This document shows positions 20,682 to 34,718 of a stretch of 64,000 bases of DNA, piece after piece. The notes below the pieces were generated by a model. The model saw only the letters and a list, made by a program, of their open reading frames with translations. It searched no databases and was not told the DNA's origin. This DNA is from Elsinoe ampelina (lineage: Eukaryota): contig ML992505.1 in NCBI GenBank assembly GCA_010093995.1, positions 1,195,147 through 1,259,146 on the forward strand, read 5' to 3'. A program made the translations under genes and the position numbers. The stretch's first letter is position 1. Each line of letters begins with the position of its first letter.

Positions 20682-22595
20682 ATGAAGCGCAAGCTCTCCG
20701 ACCGCGAGGCTCCAGAAGCCACAACCCCCTCCCAGCCAGCCGCCACACCCACCTCTCCCCCACCGCCTCCCCCATCAACCAAATCCAACAAACCCGCCCC
20801 AAGCTTCTCCACCCTCCCCCTCGACCCCCGCCTCCTCCAATCCCTCACTGCCCAACAATTCTCCGCCCCGACCCCCATTCAGTCCCGCGCCATCCCCCTC
20901 CTCCTCCAAGGCAAAGACGTCCTCGCTCGCGCCCGCACCGGCTCCGGCAAAACAGCCGCCTACGCCCTGCCGTTGCTGCACCGCATCCTCGCGCAGAAGA
21001 GCACGGGAAATGACACGGGGAAGAAAGTCTCTGGTTTGATACTGGTGCCGACGAAAGAGCTCGCGGCGCAGGTGACAAAGGCCGTGGCGGCGTTTGCGCA
21101 GTTCTGCGGGCAGATGGTCAAGGTGGAGAACCTGACGCGGAAGGAGGAGGAGGGGGTGTTGAGGGCGAGGGTGGCGGGGGGACCGGACGTGGTGGTGGCT
21201 ACGCCTTCGAGGGCGTTGGGGTTGGTGAATGCGGGTGTGTTGGGATTGGAGGGCCTGGTGGGGTGTGTGATTGATGAGGCGGATTTGGTGCTGAGTTATG
21301 GACACGAGGAGGATTTGAAGGCGTTGAGTGAGGTGGTGCCCGAGGGGACGCAGATGGTGTTGGTGTCGGCTACGTTGAGGAAGGAGGTGGAGACGTTGAA
21401 GGCATTGTTTTGTCCGCAGGCGGTGGTGTTGGAGATGGAGGATAGGGAGGAGGAGGGGAAGTTGAGGCAGTTTGTGGTCAAGTGTGGGGAGGATGAGAAA
21501 TTTTTGCTGGCGTACGCGATTTTTATGTTGAAGTTGATCAAGGGGAAGGTGATTGTGTTTGTGGCGGATATTGATCGGTGTTATAGGTTGAAGTTGTTTT
21601 TGGAGCAGTTTGGGATAAGGAGTTGTGTGTTGAATTCGGAGCTGCCGGCGAATAGCAGGATCCATGCGGTGGAGGAATTCAACAGGAATGTTTACGACAT
21701 TATCATCGCAAGCGACGAGAACGAGGTGGTGGGTTCGGAGGAGCGGAAGAGTAAGAAGCAGAAGCGGAAGGCTGTCGAGGAGGATGTGCAGGACGAAGCT
21801 GAGGAGCAAGACGAGCCCGTCGCAGATGACAAGCCGAGCGCACCAGCAGCGGAAGAAGACGAAGAACAAACAGAACTCGGCGATGCGGTGCCCAAGAAGA
21901 AGCGAAAACGGTCCAACCGCGATGCTGAGTATGGCATCAGTCGCGGCATCGACTTCAAGAATGTCTCTTGCGTGCTCAACTTCGACCTCCCACTCAGCTC
22001 GAAATCATACATCCACCGTATCGGGCGAACAGCACGAGCAGGCAAGACAGGCATGGCACTCTCCTTCTGCGTCCCCAAAACACTCTTCCGGAAACACAAA
22101 CCCACCTCCATCGCACAGTGCGCAAACGACGAGGAAGTCCTCACGAAAATCACCAATTCCCAAGAGAAGAAAGGACAGAAGATCGAACCCTACGACTTCG
22201 ATATGAAACGTCTCGACGGCTTCAGGTACCGCATGGCAGATGCACTGCGATCAGTGACAGGTGTAGCAGTCAGAGAAGCACGAACGAAAGAGATCAGACA
22301 GGAGCTGATCAAGAGCGAGAAACTCAAGCGGCATTTCGAGGAGAACCCTGAAGATCTCGAAGCTCTACGGCACGACAAAGAGACGCACACTGTGCGAGTG
22401 CAGCAGCATCTGAAGCACATACCGGAGTATCTCCTCCCGGGCGGCGCAAAGAGCGTTACCCAAGGCAACGTCGGCTTCTCCAAAATCGGCGAGAACAGGA
22501 TCAGAGCCGCCCGGAAGCGCAATGCCATGAAGAGCAAGAAGGGAGGGAAGAAGAAAGCCGGCAAGGATCCGTTGAAAAGCTTAGGCAGGAAGTAG
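20682..22595 (+). CDS. DBP9: DEAD-box RNA helicase Dbp9/DDX56
   Basis: [20 protein letters not shown] and [10 protein letters not shown] motifs; [12 protein letters not shown]; likely start MKRKL. Confidence 0.95.
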   Translation: MKRKLSDREAPEATTPSQPAATPTSPPPPPPSTKSNKPAPSFSTLPLDPRLLQSLTAQQFSAPTPIQSRAIPLLLQGKDVLARARTGSGKTAAYALPLLHRILAQKSTGNDTGKKVSGLILVPTKELAAQVTKAVAAFAQFCGQMVKVENLTRKEEEGVLRARVAGGPDVVVATPSRALGLVNAGVLGLEGLVGCVIDEADLVLSYGHEEDLKALSEVVPEGTQMVLVSATLRKEVETLKALFCPQAVVLEMEDREEEGKLRQFVVKCGEDEKFLLAYAIFMLKLIKGKVIVFVADIDRCYRLKLFLEQFGIRSCVLNSELPANSRIHAVEEFNRNVYDIIIASDENEVVGSEERKSKKQKRKAVEEDVQDEAEEQDEPVADDKPSAPAAEEDEEQTELGDAVPKKKRKRSNRDAEYGISRGIDFKNVSCVLNFDLPLSSKSYIHRIGRTARAGKTGMALSFCVPKTLFRKHKPTSIAQCANDEEVLTKITNSQEKKGQKIEPYDFDMKRLDGFRYRMADALRSVTGVAVREARTKEIRQELIKSEKLKRHFEENPEDLEALRHDKETHTVRVQQHLKHIPEYLLPGGAKSVTQGNVGFSKIGENRIRAARKRNAMKSKKGGKKKAGKDPLKSLGRK

Positions 22596-22668
22596 AGACC
22601 TCCATATACTCCAACTGCATACATAATCTTAGACTCCCCCACCCTCCTCTTACCTCCTTTCTCCCCAT

Positions 22669-23403
22669 CTACTTCTTCTCATGCCTCCCATCATCCCCCT
22701 TCTCATACGGGCCACCACTCTCCTTTACCCTCCCCTCCTTCTCATTCGTCTCCTTGCTCTGCTGGCTCCACTCCGGCGCCTCATCCTTGCCTGCGTCCTC
22801 GAGCTCGTCGCCTTCTTCCTTCGTCTTGTGCACGCTCTTCACGTCGTGCTCGGCGGGACTGTACACCGTCACTAGCTCTAGTGGCTTGTCCTTGGAGGTA
22901 TTGTAGAATTGATGCTGAGTGCCGGCTGGGACGATGACGACGTCGGAGGCTTTGATGTCCTGTTCTTGCGTTAGGACCGGCTACTCATCCACGCGCCACT
23001 GAGGAGCAATCCAGGGGTTTCCAGGACAGGAGGGGGGAGGGGAACGGGTAAGTACCTGCTCTTTCCCCGCGACAACAGCCTTTCCTTCTCCGCTTGTGAA
23101 GATCAGGACTTGGTCCACGGTGTGCACTTCGTCGCCGATGTCGCCGCCAGGAGGGATCTCCATGGTCACGAGCTGGGAGTAGAGGCCTGTGTGCATTACT
23201 TTGCGGAAGACGCCGAAAGAGCGCACCTCGGAGGTGAGGGAGGGGAAGTAGACCATTTCGTGTTTGGGGGGGTTGGATTGGGACATTTTGGGGGTGGTAG
23301 TCGTGAAGCTTCTTGAGAGGGAGAGGAAGGTTGGGATGGAACGTCTGGAGATGATGCTGGGTTTGAGGAGGAGTCTTTTGGTCGTGGTGGACAGGAGAGA
23401 CAT
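22669..23403 (-). CDS. Cupin-domain protein, 2 exons; possible N-terminal mitochondrial presequence (alternative ATG at 23286)
   Basis: FRKVMHTGLYSQLVTMEIPPGGDIGDEVHTVDQVL...KEQ|DIKASDVVIVPAGTQHQF...LVTVYSPAEH. Confidence 0.85.
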
Positions 23404-23938
23404 GGAGTGATATAGGATGAAGGGAAGCAGCAGAGATGGAGAGCTGTTTGATGAGCTCAAGTGGTGGATGGCTTACGACATTTGCTAGAGCTATTCAGGC
23501 ATGGGTTTTCCCGCTGACCTCATTGCTGGAGGATAGCTGCTAGCTTGAGCACTTACCGTCAGAGAGCTGTTAGCTCTGAAATAGTGATGAGGATGAACAG
23601 GTACGATCGAAGAGGATGACAGCTGAGTGATGTCAGAAGATCTGAGGTCCCTCGTGGCGCGGGCATAACCGAGATCACTTCTGCGGGGGTAGATGCTTCT
23701 TTGCAGTCGTAGTTGGAGCTGCAGGATCATGACGAGACCAAAATGGGCATCGAGAAGGGAGAATATACATGGGACGATCAATGACCCGGCGGATGGATCA
23801 TTCAAGAAGCATATGAATCTGGTATCTCTGTAGAAGCAACTCCGAGTTTAGCCCATGCTATTTCCGCACAGAACACTGAATCATGCGCTTTTCCGAGCCA
23901 ATACTGCATACATTCATTTCAGGCATCTTTGTACGCCT

Positions 23939-25314
23939 TTATTGCGCTCCAAGGTTCGCTGCAACATCCGCGTCAAGACCTATGCCCCCTCCAGCTCCGA
24001 ACATATCCTCGTCGAGATCTGGTTCCTTGTGGCTCATCTTCCTCCGTTTCCTGGGATCAGACGTGTTTCCATTGACTGCTGACGAGGGCCGTACTCCTGG
24101 TAAGGATAGACTGCTTAGAAGATCGGCTCCTGGTCCGGGTGGGGCTCCGTTGTTGGCCGGGAGTGATTGAGACTGCAGAACTGGCGGTGGCTCAAACGCT
24201 GGAGGCTGTTCTTCTTTTGGAGGGAGCTCCTGTATTGGATCTGCTGCATATGTACCAACCTCCAGCTCATCCACACCGTCGTTGGTAGCTGGTGGTGTGA
24301 ATGCTTCGACATCTGGGGGTGGAGGAGTGAATGCTTCAACTTCAGGGCTACCGTCAGCTCCTGCATTGCCTCCATCCGCGGCAAGGCCTTCATTGCCGCC
24401 ATTTGCGACGCCATTCGCTGCATCCTCTGCGGAGACCCTGCGGAAGATAATATCCTCGACCTCCTTGCGCTTCTTCTCGGTCTCAGCGCGGCGGTCAGCC
24501 AGCGACAATCTGGTAGATTCATCCTCGCCGAGCTTAGTCGTGTGCGTTGCCAGCAGCTTCTCCAGCCCTTCGATCAGCTGCTTCCTCGCTTTGATGCTGT
24601 CATTGACGGCTGCCTCGGCAGTGGCTAGACTCTTCATGAGAGAGCTGAGCCTGCCGGCTTGTACAGGCGGAGAAGGTACCACTGCACCGGGCTTGTTTTG
24701 CTCCATGAAATCATTGTTTGCCTTTTCTGTCAAGGCTTTGACAGGTGTCTCTGCCTTTACTAATTCGCCGTGAGACTTGACAAGAGGCTGGAATTCCGTT
24801 GGCACATTCGAAGACCCGAAAAGAGAACCACCTAGACGAGCGCCGGTGGATCGTGATGATTTGTTCTTGTCAAGTTCTGCACCTGTCAGCATGTACTACC
24901 AGCCGTGATACGGGCATACTGACCATCAATGCGGGCTTCCGTGGCATCCTGCACGCCACTGTCCAGAATCTGCCTTGATCTCCAGACTTCGACCACTCTG
25001 CGAAGCTTTCCTTGCACTTCTGACGGAGCGCCTTTGTAGGCTATGGCGACTGCTTCAGATATGATGGGCATGAAGGCGACAAGGAAGTCCTCCTTCTTCC
25101 GCACTTTCGCCTGTTGCATGATCTCATTGGCAAGATAGACAAGGTTGAGCTTCTTAGACGTATTCGAGTCCTTCAGCTTCTCGAGCCAGATCTGGGCAGC
25201 TCTTTCGGCATAGCGACGATAGAACATGACCCATTGCGCTACACTGACAATGCTGTCCTGCGTCTCATTCAACGCTGACAGCTTCGCCTTGACAGAATCA
25301 TCGGAGAAGGCCAT
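23939..25314 (-). CDS. RTT103: RNA Pol II CTD-interacting (CID) domain protein, Rtt103/RPRD-like, 2 exons
   Basis: MAFSDDSVKAKLSALNETQDSIVSVAQWVMF, LVYLANE, RRVVEVWRSR; GTCAGT intron near 24920. Confidence 0.85.
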
Positions 25315-25684
25315 GGTGGTGATGATTATCTCAAATTAACACACAGTTTCGACTACTTCAAGATTGAGAATACCGTTCCACCATATGTGAGTCTTAGATT
25401 AGTGAAGTCAAAGACAGAGGAACGCGAAGGACAAGATTAGAGCTATGCGGCTCTGCCGGCTCAAATTCGGCCATGGCGCGGCTCTGCTTGCTCAGCCAGC
25501 TTCCAACAACTTGAAGCTGAGAGGCAGTCCAGGGAGCAAACAAACCATTCCCATCTCTCATTCACCAGCATCAAATCGATCTCACCACTTCTTCAGACTT
25601 GTCGCAAAATACGCCTCATTCGAATTGATCGATCATCAACCTTGATCTCTCTGCCACTGGCTATCATAATCCCCACCTCCAACC

Positions 25685-26477
25685 ATGGCGGATAGGTTTC
25701 CTTCGATAGAGGACATTGACGCTGGTAAGCTCTATTCAGCTTACACATATTGCCTCAGCTGACATCTCAGGCACCGTTGAACCCCAAGGCGATGCCTCCT
25801 TCAACGCCCTCGAAGCAGACGAATCCTCCGACTTTCTCGCGCGCGAACGTGCAGCTCTCGGCGAAGACGCCAACCAATTCTCCACACCCGGCGACAACCT
25901 CGCCTCGGTAGAAGATGGCGGCGACGACGACGATCTCCTCGGCGGCGGCGGCCAATCTGCTCCCGCACCCGCTTTCTCCAATGAACTCACAGACTTCACC
26001 TCTTCCTTCCCAGCCATCGACGCAAACAACACCTCCCTAGGTCATGACGGAACCATCACCGGATCATCCTTGCCCATCAACCCAGGCGCCAGCCTTAGCA
26101 ATGAGCCAGAACCAGAGGTAATCCGCGAATGGCGCGAACGCCGCGACCTCGCAATTCAACACCGCGATCAGGTCTCCGCAGACAAAAAGGCCGAGACAGT
26201 AAAGGCCGCGCACGCAGCCATTGATGACTTTTACGAAAACTACAACAACAAGAAGGACAAGCAAGTTGCGCAGACACGGAAGGAAGCGGAGGAGTTCTTG
26301 AAGAACAGGGAGGACACAACGAGCGGCGGGACGAGTTGGGAGAGGATCGCCAAGTTGGTGGATCTGACGGGCAAGGGAGCGAGAGGCGGAGGAGCGGATA
26401 GTGGAAAGGCAAAGTTCAGGGAACTGTTGATCAGTCTCAGGAAGGACGAAAAGGCGCCTGGAGCCACAGGCGTATGA
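25685..26477 (+). CDS. CLC1: Clathrin light chain, 2 exons
   Basis: MADRFPSIEDIDA; DFLARERAALG, EVIREWRERR, IDDFYENYN, GTSWERIAKLVD. Confidence 0.95.
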
Positions 26478-26778
26478 TGGACATGAGGACGATTGAAAGC
26501 ATGGAGACAGCTGTGATCCCTGGTAGTTATCGCGGTGGACAAAACCGGGAGCAGAGAGCAGCCATTGTAATACCTTCAGAACAAGAAAAAGAATGTCATT
26601 TTGTCAAGATCCCCTGAGTGGAGTCAATGTCTTTCTACCCTGCATGAGATGCCATACGCCAATCGCAGTGCTCCTTGTGTAGCCATGAAACAGCGCGAGA
26701 CTCCTCTAACCACCACTCCTTTCCTTTCGACACTCGCGCTTCCTCCAACCTCATCTCACCGACCTTGGAGAGATCTGA

Positions 26779-29251
26779 TCACGCCTTCCTCCCCCTCTCC
26801 CCCTGTGCCTGCCCAGCCTCCCCCTTCACATCCGCCCTAACCACCACCCCCTCGCCCTTCTCCCTCTCCTCCTCTTCCCCCTCATGCTCCTCCCCACGAT
26901 ACGCAATCTCCTCTTCCTCCGTCACCCTAGCCCCTCTGGTCGAAATCTTGCCCCCTTCGCCTCCACTCATCTGCCACTCCATCAACTTCTTGAACGCCCC
27001 GTCCTCCTTGCCGCTCAACTCCCTGTACGTCCCCGTCTCGGCCACCCGCCCGTCCGCGCCGATGCAGATGATCATGTCGCTGCGCTTGATGGTGCTGAGG
27101 CGGTGGGCGATGGAGATGGTGGTGTTGTTCCCCGCGAGTAGCGTGCCGAGGGCTTGGTTGACGAGGGTTTCGGATTCGGCGTCGAGGGCCGAGGTGGCTT
27201 CGTCTAGGATGAGGATGTCCGGGTTTTTGAGCAGGGCGCGGGCGATGGCGATGCGTTGTTTTTGGCCGCCTGAGAGTTGGGTGCCGCGGGAGCCGACTTG
27301 GGTTTCGAGACCTTCAGGCTGGGCAAGGGGGGTTAGTGGGGGGTTAGAGGGAAGAGGGGAGGANNNNNNNNNNNNNNNNNNNNNNNNNTACGAAGTCGGA
27401 GATGAATTGGCAGTTGGCTTTGCGGGCGGCTTGTACGATTTCCGAGGTGGTGGCGTGAGGGCGGCCGTAGGCAATGTTCTCGGCGATGCTGCCGGAGAAG
27501 AGGACGGGTTCTTGTCCTACGAAACCGATCTTGCGGCGGAGTTGTTTGGCGTTGAAGGTGGAGATGTCGTTTCCATGAATCAGAATCTGGCCACTGGTTG
27601 GACTGTAGAAGCGCATGATGAGACTCGCGACAGTTGATTTGCCAGCTCCTGAAGGTGCGACAATGGCAACGTTTGAACCTTGTCTGATAGTGAAGTCCAG
27701 GTCCTTGAAGATCTCTACTGCAGGTCGAGTGGGATAGCTGAATGTTACTTTCCGAAACTCAATGTCTCCCCGGGCGCTCTTGACCATGACGCCCTTCGTT
27801 GGGCTGATCGTAGGCTCGCGGTCTTGCAACTCGAACAGCCGTGATGCGGCACCTACGCCCTTCATCAGCTCTGAGTAGAACCCAGACAGACCGAACAGCG
27901 AGCTACCAGCGTAGGCGGTGTACATCAAGAACGATGTCAGATCACCGACACTGATGGCTCCAGAATTGACCATTCCACCTCCAAACCATAACAGCGCCAG
28001 GAAAGTCATGTTGCCCATGAATCCCGATGAGCTGAAGAAGACAGCACTAATGACTGCTTCACGCTTGCCCAAGTTGAAAATCTGGCGAACTTGCTTGTTG
28101 TATCTGTTGACCTCTTGAATCTCGCCAGCAAAAGCCTGTGATGTCCTGACATTGCCCAGCCGCTCTTCCGCGATCTTGGTAAGACTTCCAAGCGCCTTCT
28201 GTATGCGACGCGAGAGCGTTCGGATTGCTCTACCATAGAAAAAAGCGCCAATAGCTACGGGCGGAAATAGTAAAGCGAGCACACCAGTGAGCTTTAGCGA
28301 AACGTATCCCATGAGAGTGAAGCCTGCTGCAGCAGAGACCAGAGACCTAAGCCCGTCTGAGACATTCTGGGTGATACTCTTGCCGACGATGATTGTGTCA
28401 GATCCCAGACGTGAGATCAAGTCACCGACACGGTTGGCATCGAAGAATTCGGCGTCTTGAACCATTGTTCTGCGAAAGAGCTGGGATCGGAGCCTCGTGA
28501 CAACACGCTCACCCACAATTCTCAAGACAATGATGCGTCCAAAGTTTGCGCATGCACCCACCGTCAGAAGACCTCCAAGTGCTAGGTAGAATGTACTGAG
28601 ATCCAGGCCGAACAAAGTTGCGGCCTCTCCGGCAGGCTTTGTAGCAATGTCCAAAATTTTGCCAATAGAGAAGGGTAATGACATGGAGATCGACGACGAT
28701 ATGAGAAGAAATGTGACTGCCAGTGCTAGTGGCTTTGCTTCAGGTCGGGCGATCTTGAGCAATCGTACAATCTCTCCCCAGCCTGCTCCTGTCTTTCCTG
28801 TCCCTGAGCCATCTTTGCTCAGCCTGGCAGAGAGATTGATTTGTGCTGCAGCAGACGCTTTCCCTGACTTCTTGAACCCTTGCGATTCATCCGTGTCGTC
28901 TTCATCCACCAAGGCGTTCTCCTTCTGCTCGTCTCGGTAGGAGCGCTCGACTCGTGCTGGCGCTTGTGCTTGTCTGTCGCTTGACTTGGAGCTGATCGAG
29001 CGGCGGCATTGCGTGGAGATGGTGGATAGAGGAGAATATTGTGTTCGGTACAGGCTATCCGGTTGTGGCAGTAATCTTAACCGTGCAGAGGCAAACGCCG
29101 ATGTGAAAGTTCTCTGGCTACGTATCGACGTATTGGACTGCTGCACTGCCGGAAGAGCTGGTAGTCGAGATATCGACGGGTATACCTGTGATTTACCTGC
29201 TACTGTAGCTCGCGAGATATTTTGGCTGAACGCCTGCGCAACATGGCGCAT
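26779..29251 (-). CDS. Mitochondrial half-size ABC transporter (Mdl1/Mdl2 type); intron partly in an N gap
   Basis: Presequence, TM domain, Walker [43 protein letters not shown]. Confidence 0.9.
27364..27388. other. Assembly gap (N run)
   Basis: 25 N inside the ABC transporter intron. Confidence 1.
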
Positions 29252-29702
29252 GATGCCCGCCTGTCAGACCCGCGGCAAATGTTTCGAGGAGCTGTCTGAC
29301 TACCGAGGTTGTCGTGATATTTGTGCGGATCGGAAGTGGATAGGAGCGGAAGATTGCATGATGGTTTCGAATGTCAGCATTCAGACATGATCCGTAGAGG
29401 TGCTTCCTAAGGTGGTCGTTCAAATTGCTCGCATCAATTTGTTGCGGTCCCGGAGGTCGACCTCGAAGATCTGACGACATGTGCAGGGCCGGCGGTCCGG
29501 ACCGGTCAAGAAAGCGGATCAGAAGTCGTCTGCCAAAGCTTGATCGAAAGGTGGGGCTCTAAACATGACACTTGAAGGGGCGGTGGAAGGCTGTAGACTG
29601 TGCTTAGAATGTCTGCATAACAATCACGCTAGAATAATTCGCGTACCCGCCATCTTTTCTTTGCCGGAAGCGGTGTTAGACTGAAATCACACAGTCACCA
29701 CA

Positions 29703-31260
29703 ATGCCAGTCGACTACAGCAAATGGGTATGTTTCCTGTAAGGAGGGGAGCCGCACGTTCAAGAAACTAATGCCATGTTAGGACGCACTCGAGCTTTCTG
29801 ACGACTCAGATATCGAAGTCCATCCCAACGTCGACAAGAAGTCGTTCATCCGAGCGAAGCAGACCCAGATTCACCAGGAACGAATCAATCGCAAGGCTCA
29901 AATCGAGACACTAAAGTACGAGCGAATCATCAATGATGGTCTCATCAAGCGGATAGACGCCCTCATCACGTCATTGAAGTCACACGAGGAAGATGCGAAG
30001 AAACGAAGCGATTCAATTGAGGAGATAGTGTTTCAGTCCCTCCTCGAAAGCTCGGGCGATCCCAAAGACGATGTGCCTCCGAAAGCGCCAGCAGGTGTAC
30101 ATGCGAGTGCGCAGGACCAGCCTCGGTACAGCAAGATGATGGCAGCACTCATAGATCAGGTCAAGAATGCTGTTGATGAGCAGAAGCCGGCGGACAGATA
30201 TCAGGGATTCATCAAAGAAGCTGGAAGTCACAAGAGCAAGGTGGAAGATCTTCAGAGACAATTGAATGAGAAGCTCGTGGAGTTGGAGCAAATGGACAAG
30301 GGAAAGATCACCAGCGAAGATATCCATTACGGTTTCGACAGCTCATCAGTATCCAAGTCGAAGCCAGCAGAGTCCCAGTCGAGCGGCCCAGAGCTTCTGA
30401 ACCCGACACGGCCAGCAATGAAAGCTGTCGGAGGAAGCGAGACTGCAGGATCCGAGGCAGACGTGGAAGACGAAGGCAGGAAGGGCATACTCAACGGCTC
30501 TGACGATGAGATGGAGGCATCACCCATGGCCAAAAGATTTGGCAAGATCCGATTCGGAGATTACAGCGGGTCGCTTGATTTCATTGGCAAGCATCCGAGT
30601 ATCATCAGCGAGAAGAACACGGATGGCTTACTGGTGGAGGCGTTCAACGCGCAATCGGAAGGGAAGGATGAGTACAGCAGGCAATGTGTGCACCAGGCGC
30701 TGCTGCTCCAGTACTGCAGGCAGCTCGGTAAGGATGGCGTGGGTCTGTTCTTCAAACGTGTCACGACCTCTGGTCATCAGGCACAAAAGCTTTTCCTAGA
30801 CGATGTGAACACAACATACGCTCGGATCAGGACGAGGACCAAGGAGCTTGCGGACCAGCAGAGGAAGGATGCTGCAGCAGGGAATGGCGACGTCGAGCAA
30901 ATTCAATTGCACGCTGTCGACCCGAACACAGAAATCCATATCACCGTGCCTTCGGCGACGCCGGCTTCGGAAGACGAAAAGCACGCCAGGCAAATCTTCG
31001 AGTCGTTCCCGCCAGGTTTGCAACGTGCACTGGAAACAGGCCAGTTGGACAAGATCAACGAAGTGCTTGGCAAAATGAGCGTGGACGAGGCCGAGGAAGT
31101 GGTGGAGAAGCTCGGAGACGGAGGGATGCTCAGCGTTGAGCAAGGGGTGATCGATGCAACCACCGAGGAGGGCCGGAAACAGATGGAAGAAATCGAACGC
31201 AGCGGCATGATGCCTGATCAGCGTGTCGTCGAGGAGGTCGGCGATCCTGGCATGGACTGA
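29703..31260 (+). CDS. CDC37: Hsp90 co-chaperone Cdc37, 2 exons
   Basis: MPVDYSKW|DALELSDDSDIEVHPNVDKKSFIR; CVHQALLLQYC. Confidence 0.95.
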
Positions 31261-32579
31261 TGAGCGTGGATCACTGCATGAACTGCTGTCGTCGGCTGAC
31301 TCGCGTTATCTGATGGAATAATTACAGATGATCAGATAAGGAATAGATTTGTGGAGAAGGTCGAATTTTAGCCCTCACCTGCCAAAACGTTTGCACGTCT
31401 GCCCTGGTGCGCCCAGCCGGGCCGGGTGGATGCAGCGCTATTGTCTGTGCTAGCCTGTCCGCTCGATCATGAACCAGAGAAGGTCAGATGCGTTGTCAGG
31501 CTTGGAGATGGTACAGTAATTGATTACACGATGCGTTCTAAGCAAGATGAGGTGATTGATACGGACTGGATGTACTTGTGCAGAATTACGTGAGCGTCAC
31601 GGAAAGGTGTCACGGAATATCATCGTGTTCCCGAACAATTGGGCCCCCTCGGGTGTGGAACGCCACCAGACGCAGCAGATCGCCTGAAGCTGCAGGGGAT
31701 CTTCCAAACTTCCTCGAAAAGCGGAGAATTGACCTCGGCACTCCGATACTCGGAAGGTAAAAATTATCAATCAGTGGTGCGTGCTTTCCGAGTCTCTCCT
31801 TGATTGTGCATCGGTTGTGCATCTATGGTTGAACATGTTTGATCAGATAAAATTATGAGAGGTATACGAATCATGTTCGATGGATGTAGCCTTCTACAGA
31901 ACCGGGATTCGTGTCCTAGGTGAGGCGTCTGAGACGAACGAAGACGTGGTGGGGCATACGTCATGCTCTGGCGAAAAGCAAAAAAGCGACAGCTCCAGGG
32001 CGACACAGAAAGGGCCGAGTTGGAGAAAAGCCGATGTGGGTTCTCAGATTTCAGAGCAGATCGTCTGGCATTCCGCCTTTCCGCGCAGCCACTTGTGTGT
32101 CCCAGAACCTGTCCCATGCGCCCAGAGTCGTTCCACGTTCCACTGCCACCAGCCAGCTGCCGTCTCTCCAACATTTTCCAGAGGGAACGCGTCCTGTACT
32201 CCTACAAACCGCCCACTAGTCCCAACCTCTGTTTCACGAAATTGTACAGACCTGGGCTCTCTCCAATACATATTCGACACGAATATCGCTGCAGTCTAGA
32301 CCGACACGGTGTGGTCACGCTTGATCCAGTCCGCGCCCAGGAGGAGCGCCGCACTCCTTTGTCGACCAGCAGTGCCGTTATCAGATCCGCCAGTATTCGG
32401 TAAGCAGACAGCCCTCAGCCCTCCACCCCACCCGCGGCATCTGTGATGTGTGTGCATGGCGTTCGAGATTACTTGAACGAATCCATCCCCCTCCGTCATG
32501 CATGGACACGGACAACACACCTGGATTTGTTCCCTTGGTTAATTGCACACTGACATGACAATCATTAGCAATTTCAACA

Positions 32580-34718
32580 ATGCGGAGACATTCCTTTCAC
32601 ACGGTCAAACAGACCCCTCGCCTCTACAAAACCATCTCTTCCTCAACCATTCTCGAATCTAGCTTAAACTCTTCCGAGTCGAGACCGATCCCTACTGCGA
32701 AATTACCAATCGGCAATCCTCGTCAATTCTCATCGTCACAGTCACCTGGGTCGTCAAGAGATTCCATCATGTGGTCCGAGGAAGGAGATTCCGAGGAGGC
32801 TCTCTCAACGCCGCCCTCGGAGTTTCAAGATCAATTGGAAGAGATGGAATATACTCATGACAAGGTCCCTTTGAAAGATGCGCAGCAACACAGTCCTGAT
32901 ATCGCACCTGGGAAGAAACGAAGACGAGCTTCGACAAATCTCATTGCCACTACCTCGGAAGACCTTCAGAGAATTTTGGGGGATGGCACATCTGGCACAA
33001 AGTTCCTGCAGAAGTTCTGCTGTGGTGGTGGATGCTGCAAGATACAGAAGATCCCCGACGAAGCTGTCAACCCAAATTATCGACCTCTTGTAGTTCCGCA
33101 GAGCGACGCATTCAAATACCTCGCCCTCAACCTGACCGGCTTGACACTCGACACACCACTCACCGACACCGTTGAGCTGCCCCCGACTACAGTCTCGCTT
33201 GAGCAACCCGATAGCAATGTCAAGGCCAGCTTCAAGACAAAGGTGGACGTACACCCGCCGCAATTCGTCCAACCTCATCCACCCTATGATGTGTTTTCAG
33301 CACCCGTCTTTGGTGCTCGAGAGCTCACAAAGCCTGGTGCCGAGAAGCGGACGTACCACTTCGATCTTGACATCACAGACTATCCAGAGGAGGGTGGTGT
33401 TGACTTCAAGGTCGGTGGTGCCATTGGTATCTGTCCGCCCAACGACCCCGAGGCAGTCGATGACGTCTTCAATATGCTGGGTGTGCCAAAATTCCTTCGC
33501 GACAAGCCTATCCTTCTCAAGACAGGAGGCGGTCGATGGCCGACTATTTGGGGTGAAGAGACTGCGAGGGAGCTTACGACCACCAGGAGGGAACTCTTGA
33601 CGTGGTGTTCAGACATCTCATCCACACCTCCTACGAAGCCGCTCCTACGACTTCTTGCTGAGCACGCTACAGCTGAGAACGAACGCAAAATTCTGTCCTT
33701 CCTGGCTTCCGCTCAGGGCCAGGCCGCCTTCTGTGACCTTCGGACAGGCCCCTTCATCACCATCAACCAGTTACTCCACGCATTCCCCTCTTCGAAGCCA
33801 CCACTTGAGTCCCTGCTTTGTCTAATGCCCCAGCTCATGCCTCGATTCTACTCGCTGTCAAATGATCCATTCGAGTCATCGGCGCGAGAGGGCATTGCTG
33901 GCCGGAAGCTGATTGAGATGGCTGTCACCATTCACGAGACTCCTTCCTGGGACGGATCCAAGAGGACCGGCGTCGGTTCCGGTTTCATGGAGCGCATCGC
34001 CAAACGCTTCATAGCTGCCAATAACGACGCCCATGATCAAGAATCTTGCATGCGCAAAGAAGCTCTGGACATCCGCGTCCCCATGTTTCGAGGTCTGATG
34101 GCCAACCCCCTCTCAAAGGAATTTGCCTCCGACGGTCCCATGATGCTCATCGGCGCTGGCGTCGGCATGGCTCCCTTCCGCGGCTTCATCCTCAACCGCC
34201 TCCGCAACGCCAACTGCGCCAACAAGATCTGGCTCGTGCAAGGCGTCCGCGACAGCCTCCTCGACGAGATCTACGCCGGCGAACTCGGCGACCACGAAAA
34301 GGATATCAAAAAGGTCGTTCAAAGCAGAGCCAAACCACCACCTGTTCAGGAAGAAGAACAAGGCGTCCTCGAAGAAAGCGAGACCTCGCCAGGCGAAGGA
34401 GCAAAGATCATCGACGAGCGCAAGGCACAGCAAGCAGCAAAGTACGTCCAAGATGAAGTCCGCCTACAGGCCGATATCGTGTGGTTCGTCATCAACGCCA
34501 TCGATGGCCGCATCTTTGTCTGTGGCTCAAGTAAGGGCATGGGCGAAGGTGTGGAGGAGGCACTCGTCGACGTCGCTATGGAGAAAGGCAACTTGAACCG
34601 GGACGAGGCGAAGGAGTTCTGGGAGGGAAAGAAGAGTGGGGGACAGTACATTGCAGTAAATATCAAACCATGCCTGTCATGCAGGACAGTACACTGACCG
34701 AAGCAGGAAACTTGGTAA
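32580..34718 (+). CDS. FAD/NADPH-binding diflavin-reductase-family oxidoreductase (methionine synthase reductase / P450 reductase-like)
   Basis: KRTYHFDLDI, PRFYSLS, MLIGAGVGMAPFRGF, KYVQD, IFVCGS; last intron (donor GTAAAT) gives C-terminal ETW*; probable 5'UTR intron at about 32400-32568. Confidence 0.85.

Noticed and set aside
31880..32403. ORFs upstream of the diflavin reductase as extra coding exons
   Set aside because: No domain similarity; more likely promoter or 5'UTR with an intron, although uORFs cannot be excluded.
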